DNA of 64,000 nt from Antedon mediterranea (taxonomy: Eukaryota; Animalia; Echinodermata). The translations under genes were made by a program, and so were the position numbers. The notes below the pieces were generated by a model that saw only the letters and a list, made by a program, of their open reading frames with translations, made no database searches and was not told the origin of the DNA. Positions 53,294 through 64,000 of this stretch are shown here, piece by piece (position 1 is the stretch's first letter; each line of letters starts with the position of its first letter). The stretch lies in the NCBI RefSeq assembly GCF_964355755.1, contig NC_092674.1:17422001-17486000 (forward strand), in the 5' to 3' direction.

Positions 53294-56200
53294 CCCATAA
53301 AGAGGGAAACGAATCATGTAAAGTACCTTTTATCAGTTAAGAAACGAAATACAATTATTAAAATTAGAGTATTTATTTGAATAAACACCCGCTTTGAATA
53401 AAAGCCTCCTTCAAATAAACGCCACCATTCCCTCCAATAGAACACCATGTGGAATAAACGCCCCGCCACATGCATTTACACAATAAATGTATCACGTAAA
53501 CAAATTTCATTTACTACCATAATCTACAATTTAACAAGCATTTTGACATAATTTTATCACTTTTTGATATTAATTGTGCAGTATTTTTTTACATCTAGGT
53601 GGTATTTATTTGATTATACGTGTTACCATATTATACCCCAAATAAAGATGCCTCCTTTCCCCCTAAAAACCCTTTTGAACAATAAATACCTGGGGCGTTT
53701 AATCGGATACATATGGCAAGTTACTTCTAGCATTCTGAAAAGAACTGTTGAGCTTAACATTTCTATCAAAATGTCCTCGGGGACAGCAAAAACTAGTACT
53801 TGAAATTAAAACAATTTAAAGTATCAGTTATTGCATAAAATTACTGTCTAAGGATAAGTTGTGTAGATATGTTTTTTGTTTGAAACATTGGTAATAGTAT
53901 TTCAGTTCATCTTTTAACCACATTTTCTATTACAATGAATGTAAATATGTATATTTCGAACAATTTGATACCAACTTTAAGTTTCTACAACCTGTACTTA
54001 CAGAGATATGAAGATGCCCTGGTATGTGGGTCAAAGGTCATAAATGGCATTTCTGATCATTTTGGACTAAAATGCCCCATTAGATGGAATATAAAAGCAT
54101 GCCTTCTGAACATTTTGAGACCAAAATTTACTTGCTGCGACCAGTGGTTGCCGAGATACAAGTACCTTTTTTTATTTGTTCAAATAACCCTTGACCTTGA
54201 CCCTTTGATCTTTTTTAACATTTTTTAAAATTTGTAACAAATAACAAAACATATATTTCGAACAATTTAAAACCAAATTCAAGTGTCTACGACCAGTAGT
54301 TACGGAGATACATACATGCCCTGGGTTGTGGGTCAAAGGTCATAAATGGCATTTCCGGTCATTTTTAATAAAATGTCCCATTAGACTGAATATAAATGTA
54401 TACCTTCTGATTAATTTAAGACCAAAATTACCTCGTTGTGATCAGTGATGATGTTAGCACAATATATTTGCATAAATGGCAATATTATAGCATAATTTTC
54501 GAATTTTAGAAAGTTAAAATGTTTGCCATTTTTCGAAAAAAAATTCCTATGGTCCCCCGCAGGGAAATTTTAGGAAAATGTCCAAATTTCGATCCTTTTA
54601 TTTTTTGACATAACTAGTTACTATGGCTCTATTAGATGATGTTAGCACAATATATTTACATAAATGGCAATATTATAGCATAATTATTGAATTTTAAAAA
54701 GTGGGAATTTTTGCATTTTTTCGAAAAAATTCCAATGGTCCCCCGCAGGAAAATTTTCTAAAAATGGCCAAATTTCGACCCTTTTATTTTTTGACATAAC
54801 TAGTTACTATGGCTCTATAAGATGATGTTAGCAAAATATATGTGTATAAATGGCAATATTATAGCATAATTATTTAATTTTAAAAAGTGGAAACTGTTGC
54901 AATTTTCGACCCTTTTATTTTTTTTACATAACTAGTTGCTATGTCTCTATAAGTTGATGTTAGCACAATATATTTGCATAAATGGCAATATTATAGCATA
55001 ATTTTCGAATTTTAAAAAAGTGGAAATTTTGTCTATTTTTCGAAAAAAATTTTAGGGAAATTTTAGGAAAATGACCAAATTTTGACCCTTTTATTTTTTG
55101 ACATAACTAGTTACTATGGCTCTATAAGATGATGTTAGCACAATATATTTGCATAAATGGCAATATTATAGCATAATTTTCGAATTTTTTAAAAAGTGGA
55201 CATTTTTGCCATTTTTCGAAAAAAATCCTATGTTCCCCCACAAGAAAATTTTCGGAAAATGGCCAAATTTCAACCCTTTTATTTTTTGACATAACTAGTT
55301 ACTATGGCTCTATAAGATCATGTTAGCACAATATATTTGTATAAATGGCAATATTATAGCATAATTTTCGAATTTTAAAAAGTGGAAATTTTGGTTATTT
55401 CTCGAAAAAAATTCCTCTGGTCCCCGCAGGAAAATATTCGGAAAATGGCCAAATTTCGACACTTTTATTTGTTGACATAACTAGTTACTATGGCTCTATA
55501 AGATGATGTTAACACAATATATGTGCATAAATGGATATATTATAGCCTAATTATTGAATTTTAAATGGTAGACATTTTGGTTATTTTTCGAAAAAATTCT
55601 TGTCGTCCCCCGACGGGAAATTTTAGGAAAATGGCCAAAATTCGACCCTTTTATTTTTTGACATAACTAGTTACTATGGCTCTATAAGAGGATGCTAGCA
55701 CAATATATTTGCATTAATGGCAATATTATAGCATCATTATTTAATTTTAAAAAGTGGAACATTTTTGCCATTTTTCGACCCTTTTATTTTTTGATATAAC
55801 TAGTTACTATGTCTCTATTAGATGATGTTAGCACAATATATGTACAAAAATGGCAATATTATAGCATAATTTTCGAATTTTAGAAATTGGAAATTTTGTC
55901 AATTTTTCGAAAAAATTCCTATGGTCCCCAGCAAGAAAATTTTCGAAAAATGGCCAAATTTCAAGCTTTTTATTTTTTGATATAATTCCTTACTATGGCT
56001 CTATAAGATGATGTTAGCAAAATATATCTGTATAAATGGCAATATTCTAGCATAAATATTTAATTTTAAAAAGTGGAAAATGTTGCCATTTTTCTACCCT
56101 TTTATTTTTTGACATAACTAGCTGCTATGTCTCTATAAGATGATGTTAGCACAATATATTTGCATAAAATGGCAATATTATAGCATAATTTTTGAATTTT

Positions 56201-56671
56201 AGAAAGTTAAAATTTTGGCCATTTTTCGAAAAAAAAATCCTATGGTTATGCAGGGAAATTTTCAGAAAAATGGCGAAATTTCGACCCTTTTATTTTTTAA
56301 CATAACTAGTTACTATGGCTCTATAAGATGATGTTAGCACAATATATTTGCATAAATGGCAATATTATAGCATAATTTTAGAATTTTAAAAAGTGGAAAT
56401 TTTTGCCATTAATTTCAAAAAAATTCCTATGATCCCCAGTAGGAAAATTTTCGAAAAATGGCCAAATTTCGACCCTTTTATTTTTTTACATAACTAGTAA
56501 CTATGGCTCTATCAGATGATGTTAGCACAATATATGTGCATATATGGCAATATTATAGCATAATTTTCGAATTTTAGAAATTGGAAATTTTGTCAATTTT
56601 TCGGAAAAAATCCTTTGGTCCCCCGCAGGAAAATTTTCGAAAAAAGGCCAAATTTCAAGCTTTTTATTTTT

Positions 56672-57412
56672 AGTCGCGTGGAAGCGACTCTATAGTTCAC
56701 TATGTCGGTCGGTCGGTCGGTCGGTCGGTCTGTCTGTCTGTCGGTCTGTCTGTCGGTCTGTCTGTCTGTCTGTCTGTCGGTCCGGTATCACTATGCGTTT
56801 TATCGCTTTCTGACCTTATCTTGATATCAGTTTAATCTAGCTAGGTCAATTTTTCACAGTATATTCCTTATGGCCAGGAATCAATGTGGTTATGTTTTCA
56901 CGGTGCGCAATAAAAAATGACGCGGTCTACGCACGATTTAACGAAATCACGTTTGTAATCATATCTTCACAACCATGAATCACAATTAAATAAAATTTGG
57001 TACTCATAAATTTCAGGGCATAAATCATCATATGGCAATACAATTACGTGCGTAGCGCATGTGACGCATGCGTACGCGCGCTTAACATTTTCAAAATTTA
57101 TTTTCGATGAAATAAGAGTACATTTCAGGCAATTTTAAGCGTTTACAAAATTGCCATGAGTGCGCATATTTTTGCGCGCGCACTGCGCGTTAAATGTTAT
57201 TGCGCACTCTTTTTGCCCGATTACTGTTTTCTTGACTTACTTTTCAACTCGAAATTACGTTATACGAGCACGTCGAAAGTGACAGGCTACGCACGTGTAA
57301 ATTAAAAAAAAATAAATGTTTATAAACATTTCAACATTTTTAAACATGTTCAGTAATTTCGGTCCGGTATCACTATGCATTGTAGCACGCGACTTAATGG
57401 CTGTTGGCCTTG
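56672..57412 (+). mobile_element. HINE/DINE-1-like element, family B, long copy
   Basis: AGTCGCGTG 5' subTIR with inverted partner, (GTCG)n(GTCT)n microsatellite at 56704-56782, 3' subTIR CACGCGACT at 57386-57394, ending GGCTGTTGGCCTTG in a T-run. An empty-site paralog lies at 55961-55995. Confidence 0.82.
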
Positions 57413-58844
57413 TTTGATATAATTCCTTACTATGGCTCTATAAGATGATGTTAGCAAAATATATCTGTATAAATGGCAATATTCTAGCATAATTATTTAA
57501 TTTTAAAAAGTGGAAAATGTTGCCATTTTTCGACCCTTTTATTTTTTGACATAACTAGCTGCTATGTCTCTATAAGATGATGTTAGCACAATATATTTGC
57601 ATAAATGGCAATATTATAGCATAATTTTCGAATTTTAGAAAGTTAAAAATTTGGCCATGTTTCGATAAAGAATTCCTATGGTTATGCAGCGAAATTTTCG
57701 GGAAAATGGTGAAATTTCGACCCTTTTATTTTTTAACATAACTAGTTACTATGGCTCTATAAGATGATTTTAGCACAATATATTTGCATAAATGGCAATA
57801 TTATAGCATAATTATTTAATTTTAAAAAGTGGAACATTTTTGCCATTTTTCGACCCTTTTATTTTTTGATATAACTAGTTACTATCTCTCTATAAGATGA
57901 TGTTAGCACAATATATGTACAAAAATGGCAATATTATAGCATAATTTTCGAATTTTAGAAAATGGAAATTTTGTCAATTTTTCGAAAAAATTCCTATGGT
58001 TCCCCGCAGGGAAATTTTAGGAAAATGGCCAAATTTCGATCCTTTTATTTTTTGACATAACTAGTTACTATGGCTCTATAAGATGATGTTAGCAAAATAT
58101 ATCTGTATAAATGGCAATATTATAGCATAATTATTTAATTTTAAAAAGTGGAAAATGTTGCCATTTTTCGACCCTTTTATTTTTTGACATAACTAGTTGC
58201 TATGTCTCTATAAGATGTTGTTGAATCAATTATAGGGCGTTGATTCATGACTCATTGGCTAGATAATGGACAAAGCTTTCCATTTACGTCTCCATTGTTG
58301 TTACGCACCTATATGGCTTCCATTGTTTTCACTGGGACTGCCTGGCCAAGTCTCTAGTCTCAATAACGTATTATTTATTGGTTCTTATATTTTTTCTAAG
58401 TCGCACACGCATTAAGTAGTCCTAATATAACAGTTAAAATTAAATATAAACAAAATAATATATGGAGGTTGATACTTGAAATAACGTATTTATATTGCTT
58501 CTATATTCTTTCTATAGTTTGATTCTACAATAGCCTCAAGTTACAACTCTGCAATGAAATATTACATACATTGTAAATGTATACATAAAATGACTGTACA
58601 AAAACACAATATAATTAAACTGTTCAAATATATATTTGCACATAAAAAGTGTAGCCCTAAAAAAATACACTGTACACTAATTTACCTCCCCCGTAGCTAA
58701 AGTGGAACATTCGAAACGTCACCAGTCTGTTCTGGGTCAACTGTTAGTTAAATACAATCCACGATTTAATACACAATGCACCCCTATTTTTTCGAATGGA
58801 ATAACCCTATAAAAAAGCCCGGTACCTAAAATGCCCGTGATCCA

Positions 58845-59339
58845 ATATATATTGTGCTAACATCATCTTATAGAGACATAGCAACTAGTTATGTCAAAAA
58901 AATAAAAGGGTCGAAAAATGGCAACAATTTCCACTTTTTAAAATTTAATAATTATGCTATAATATTGCCATTTATACAGATGTATTTTGCTAACATCATC
59001 TTATAGAGCCATATTAACGAATTATGTAAAAAAATTAAAGGTTTGAAATTTGGCCATTTTTCGAAAATTTTCCTGCGGGGGACCATAGGAATTTTTTCGA
59101 AAAATGGACAAAATTTCCAATTTTTAAAATTCGAAAATGATGCTAAAATATTGCCATTTATACAGATATATTTTGCTAACATCATCTTATAGAGCCATAG
59201 TAACTAGTTATGTCAAAAAATAAAAGGGTCGAAAAATGGCAACATTTTCCACTTTTTAAAATTAAATAATTATGCTATAATATTGCCATTTATACACATA
59301 TATTTTGCTAACATCATCTTATAGAGCCATAGAACTAGT
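58845..59339 (-). repeat. Inverted block of the ~185/132-bp satellite
   Basis: Reverse-complement monomers (GCTAACATCATCTTATAGAG...TATGTC) flanked by non-satellite spacers at 58221-58844 and 59340-59440. Confidence 0.92.
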
Positions 59340-60380
59340 TAATGAAACTTGGTTACACAAAAACATCAAAGTGCTAAAATCACATTAGAAACCGTTTTAG
59401 ACCATTTCGAGCATTTCGATGAAACTTTTCACATAATAATTTTTTAATTTTAAAGAATGGAAATTTTGACCATTTTTTTAAAAAAAGTCACATGGTCCCC
59501 CGCAGGGAAATTTTCGAAAAATGGCCAGTTTTCAACCATTTTATTTTTTGACATAACTATAGTTACTCTGGCTCTATAAGATGATGTTAGCACAATATAT
59601 TTGCTATTTCCATAAATGGCAATACTATAGCGTAATTTTTTAATGTTAAACAATGGAAATTTTGGCCAAATTTCCACCCTTTTATTTCATGACATAACTA
59701 GTTGCTATGGCTCTATAAGATGATGTTATCACAATATATGTGAATAAATGGCAATATTATAGCATAATTATTTAATTTTAAAAAGTGGAACATTTTAGTC
59801 ATTTTTCGAAAAAAATCCTATGGTTCCCCCCCAGGGAAATTTTGGCAAAAATGGCAAAATTTCAACCCAATAGCATAATTTTCGAATTTTAGAAATTTGG
59901 AAATGTTGTCAATTTTTCGAAAAAATTCCTATGGTAACCCACAGGAAAATTATCAAAAAATGGCCAAATTTCCACTCTTTTATTTTTTGACATAATTCGT
60001 TACTATGACGTTATAAGATGATGTTAGCAAAATATATCTGTATAAATGGCAATATTATAGCATAATTATTTAATTATAAAAAGTGGAAAATGTTGCCATT
60101 TTTCGACCCTTTCATTTTTTTGACATAACTAGTTGCTATGTCTCTATAAGATGATGTTAGCACAATATATTTGCATAAATGGAAATATTATAGTCTAATT
60201 ATTGAATTTTAAAAGGTGGAAATTCTGGTTATTTTTTTTAAAAATTCCTGTGGTCCCCCGCAGGAAAATTTTCGCAAAAATGGCGAAATTTCAAACCTTT
60301 TATTTTTTGACATAACTAGTTACTATGGCTCTATAAGATGATGTTAACACATCATTTTTTGACATAACTAGTTACTCTGG

Positions 60381-63222
60381 CTGTAGTCCAGTAAAAATAT
60401 GGTTGAACCTAGAACAAATTGCAACAGAATTTTTTTTGTTTTATTTGGTTGATATGGTGAACATAAACATCATATCCAAAGTTTACCAACATCGGACATC
60501 GGGAAGTGGGTTAATCAGCATAAATTCAAAATGGCCGCCATTTGCTATTTTAAAGCCCCATATCTCCTCAACGGTTGGATTTAGACCACCTAAGTGCATT
60601 ACGAGTAGATATAAATGTGATATGAAACATTCTAATTAGCATATTTAAATTTCCATATGACGTACCTATGACGTCATATGGTAGTTATGACGTCATAAAT
60701 TATGTTATAAATGCTTAAATGACATTATACTATGCGAACAATTTAGAAACTGCAGAAAAACAAGTTTCCTAACATTCTCCTTGTTGAAATAAACATAATT
60801 TCCAAAGTTTACCAAAATCGGACGTCAGGAAGTGTGTTAATTAGCATAAATTCAAAATGGCCGCTATCTTTACTATATCATTTTGAAGCCCTATCTCCTT
60901 AATGGTGGTTTTAGACCACCAAAGTGCATTGCGAGTAGATATAAATGTGACATTAAACTTCCCAATTAGCGCATTTAAATTACCATATCACGTAAATATG
61001 ACGTCATAAGGTAGTTGTGACGTCATATATTATGTTATAACTGCTTAAATGGCATTATCCCATGCTAAAAAATGCAGGAAAACAATTTCCTTTTGAAATG
61101 AACATGATATCCTAAGTTCACCAAAATCAGACTTCAAGAAGGGGTTCAATTAGCATAAATTCAAAATGGCTGCTATTTACTATACCATTTTGAAGCCCTG
61201 TATTAGGTTGGGTTTAGACAGCCTATGTGCATTACGAGTAGATATATATGTAAAAACCGTTGACATTTATCATTAAGTTTCCATTTACAAAATCTAATGA
61301 AAATAGTTATTCTACAGAACCGTATGAAAGGTAATCGCACATCTTGTTTTGTGTTTCCTAAAACTACATCTTTTAAAACTTTATCTCTTTAAATTGGTAA
61401 AGGAATAAAAAAAATATTGTAATGAGGCGATTTTCTGTGGGTCAGGCTATTCAAACCCATCATTCCCACAAACTCATCTCAATTACACAACTGGAAATTG
61501 AGATGACACATGAAATGATAAATGTCATACTGTAGTTTTCGGTATAGTCAGCATCTCCATTCTGCTCTTTCAAAGTTGCTATTTCATTGCATCTGTTTGG
61601 TGTCGATCATTTATGAGACAACAACTTTTTATGATGTTTTATATTATGTTTATCTTTTGAATGCTGTTTCCAAGATTCAATGAGCATATAACAAGGACAC
61701 TTCATCCTAGTGTCAACTAGGATGAAGAACCATCAGTTAAAGATACACATCACCGGAATCCAAAAGGGGTTGTTAAGGTAATAAAGTAATTTTCAAACTT
61801 TCCACTACTAATTACAGTATTTAAATTTTCGACAAGACAGTATTCAACTTCCTTGACAGAAAACGTCAGAAAAATGGAATAGAAACTTTGAATGCAGATG
61901 GGGATCTATTAAATATCTTACATTGCCATAATAAAAAAAAAGCGATTGCGTTTTAAGACAGAAGAAGCAAAAAATAGTGGAATAATTGGTACTTAAAGAA
62001 AACATCTTAAGGAGCAAATTTGCAACATCTTTGTAATGCTCTGCACTTGCAAAGAAACAGGGGGATGCATTCTATTCGAAGCAAGAACTGTTCAGTCAAT
62101 AATTTAAAAAGACATCAGAAAAGCCAATGAAGTAGACTTGCTGTGCCTACATGTATGGTGGAAGTATTTTGACGGCGCCAACATTACATTTTCTATGTAT
62201 GTACTTTGGATGGGAAACTTACTGTGATCCAACTCCATATTTAGGATGGGGTCGAATTATTAAATCCCAGACTCATTACAGAATTAAGAATCCTGTTTCT
62301 TTAAATATATATGAGATATATGAGATATATATGAGATATATGAGATATATATGCAGTTATAAAAAGTTGCAGTTGCAGAAAATTAACTGGAATGTTCTAT
62401 TGCATGTTGTGAAGGGTGGCCGAATAACTTCTGATACCCATGATCTTAACCTGGATGTGGTAAATGTTCTACTATTTTCATGAAATTAAAAACATTTTTT
62501 CCTTTCGGTTTCTATATTTTCCCGTTAGAATAATGGCAATTGAGCATTATTGTGACAAAATACATGACGTCATACAGTATGTCTTATGACATCATAGGTA
62601 CGTTATATGGCAATTAAAATATGCTAATTATAAAGTTTAATATCACATTTATATCTACTCGCAGTGCACTTAGGTGGTCTAAAACCAAGCGTTAAGGAGA
62701 TATGGAGCTTCAAAATGGTATGATAAATAGCGGCCATTTTGAATGTATGCTAATTAACCCACTTCCTGACGTCCGATTTTGGTAAACTTTGGAAATAATG
62801 TTCATTTCAACAAGGAGAATGTCAAAAAACATGTTTTCTTGCATTTCCTAAATTGTTCGCATAGTATAATGTCATTTAAACAGTTATAACATAATATATG
62901 CCGTCACCACTACCATATGACGTCATAGGTACGTCAAATGGGAATTTAAATATGCTAATTAGAATGTTTAATATCACATTTATATCTACTCGTAATGCAT
63001 TTAGGTGGTCTAAATCCAACTGTTAGAGAGATATGAGGCTTCAAAATAGCAAATGGCGGCCATTTTGAATTTATGCTAATTAACCCACTTGCCGATGTCC
63101 GATTTTGGTAAAATTTGGATATGATATTCATTTGAACTATATTCACCAGACTAAAAAAAAAAATTCTGTTGCAATTTGTTCTAGGTTCACCCTATTTTTG
63201 ACTTATCTTTACTGGACTACTG
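60381..63222. mobile_element. Non-autonomous DNA transposon with ~670-bp TIRs
   Basis: Left (C)TGTAGTCCAGTAAA...GAACCTAGAACAAATTGCAACAGAA versus right TTCTGTTGCAATTTGTTCTAGGTTC...TTTACTGGACTACTG|TA. The arms are built of ~310-330-bp subrepeats containing CAAAATGGC(C)GC. Mirror ORFs at 60403+ and 62955-. It splits the satellite motif GGCTCTATAAG. Confidence 0.85.
62306..62352 (+). repeat. (ATATGAGAT)n short tandem repeat
   Basis: Four to five copies of a 9-11-bp unit. Confidence 0.7.
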
Positions 63223-64000
63223 TATAAGATGATGTTAGCACAATATATTTGCATAAATGGCAATATTATAGCATAATTTTCAAATTTTAAAAAGTGTCAA
63301 TTTTCGCCATTTTTCGAAAAAAAATCCTATGGTCCCCCGCAGGAAAATTTTCTAAAAATGACCAAATTTCGACCCTTTTATTTTTTGACTTAACTAGTTA
63401 CTATGGCTCTATAAGATGATGTTAACACAATATATGTGCATAAATGGCAATATTATATCATAATTATTGAATTTTAGAAAGTGGAAATTTTGGGAACTTT
63501 TCGAAAAAATTCCCTGTAGTCCCCTTCAGGGAAATTTTCGAAAAATGGCCAAATTTCGACCCTTTTATTTTTTGACATAACTCGTTACTATGGCTCTATA
63601 AGATGGTGTTAACACAATATATGTGCATAAATGGCAATATTATAGCCTAATTATTCAATTTTAAACGGTGAAAGTTTTGGTTATTTTTCGAAAAAAATCC
63701 TTTGGTCCCCCGGAGGAAAATTTTCGAAAAATGGCCAAATTTTTACCCTTTTATTTTTTCACATAACTAGTTACGATGGCTCTATAAGATGATGTTAACA
63801 CAATATATGTGCATAAATGGCAATATTATAGCATAATTATTGAATTTTGAAAAGTGGAAAATTTTTCCATTTTTTGACCCTTTTGTTTGTTGACATAACT
63901 ATTTGCTATGGCTCTATAAGATGATGTTAGCACAATATATGATTGTGCATTGCCATTGCCATTTTTCGAAAAAATTCCTATGGTGTCCCGCAGGAAAATT

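Larger units (their letters stand above)
48095..53716. mobile_element. Degenerate pogo/Tc1-mariner-like MITE at the centre of the inverted arms, interrupted by the Penelope-like element
   Basis: TA|CTGTAGTTACCCGAATAAAAGCC at 48093 versus GGCGTTTAATCGGATACATATGG ending at 53716; repeated AATAAACGCC motifs at 53380-53465. Confidence 0.45.
41812..54447. mobile_element. Foldback-like structure: long diverged inverted arms (41812-42412 plus 47941-48170 versus ~53640-54447) enclosing nested retroelements
   Basis: CACTGGTCACAACGAGGTAA (41837) versus TTACCTCGTTGTGATCAGTG (to 54447); ACTTATCATTAGACAGTAAT (~42390) versus ATTACTGTCTAAGGATAAGT (~53840); GAATGCTAGAAGTAA (~48077) versus TTACTTCTAGCATTC (~53721). 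The arms contain internal ~260-310-bp repeats with GACCTTTGA motifs. Confidence 0.75.
54448..64000 (+). repeat. ~185/132-bp satellite, block 2 (interrupted at 56672-57412, 58221-59440 and 60381-63222; runs off the window)
   Basis: Same monomer and orientation as block 1; anchors at e.g. 54607, 54793 and ~54925. Confidence 0.95.

Noticed and set aside
41837-54447. CACTG...CAGTG as CACTA/Chapaev-type termini
   Set aside because: Left-arm similarity extends beyond CACTG, the same word occurs inside the internal repeat unit (~54142), and no TSD is visible.

Overview
AT-rich eukaryotic (most likely invertebrate animal) repeat-dominated DNA with no intact host gene and no prokaryotic features. Left to right: (1) a broken spliced exon of an uncharacterised Cys/His-rich protein at 1-550; (2) a non-autonomous Ty3/Gypsy-type LTR element at 2230-5529 with both LTRs, a tRNA-Glu PBS, a PPT and only an integrase C-terminal remnant; (3) a 28-kb array of a 19-bp GA/GATA-rich satellite at 7392-35626 with multi-kb higher-order duplications; (4) from 35627 to the end, a ~185/132-bp hairpin-containing satellite interrupted by many insertions. 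These insertions are three Helentron-type HINEs, a long-TIR DNA element, an inverted satellite block and a 12.6-kb nested stack bounded by long inverted arms. The stack holds a LINE inside a LINE, plus a Penelope-like element (RT + GIY-YIG) carrying a canonical minimal hammerhead ribozyme and split by a composite, palindromic Helitron. Everything was read by eye. Family and clade names are motif-based and unverified by database search. I see no convincing wholly new biological system; the interest lies in the ribozyme, the reconstructable nesting and the satellite architecture.
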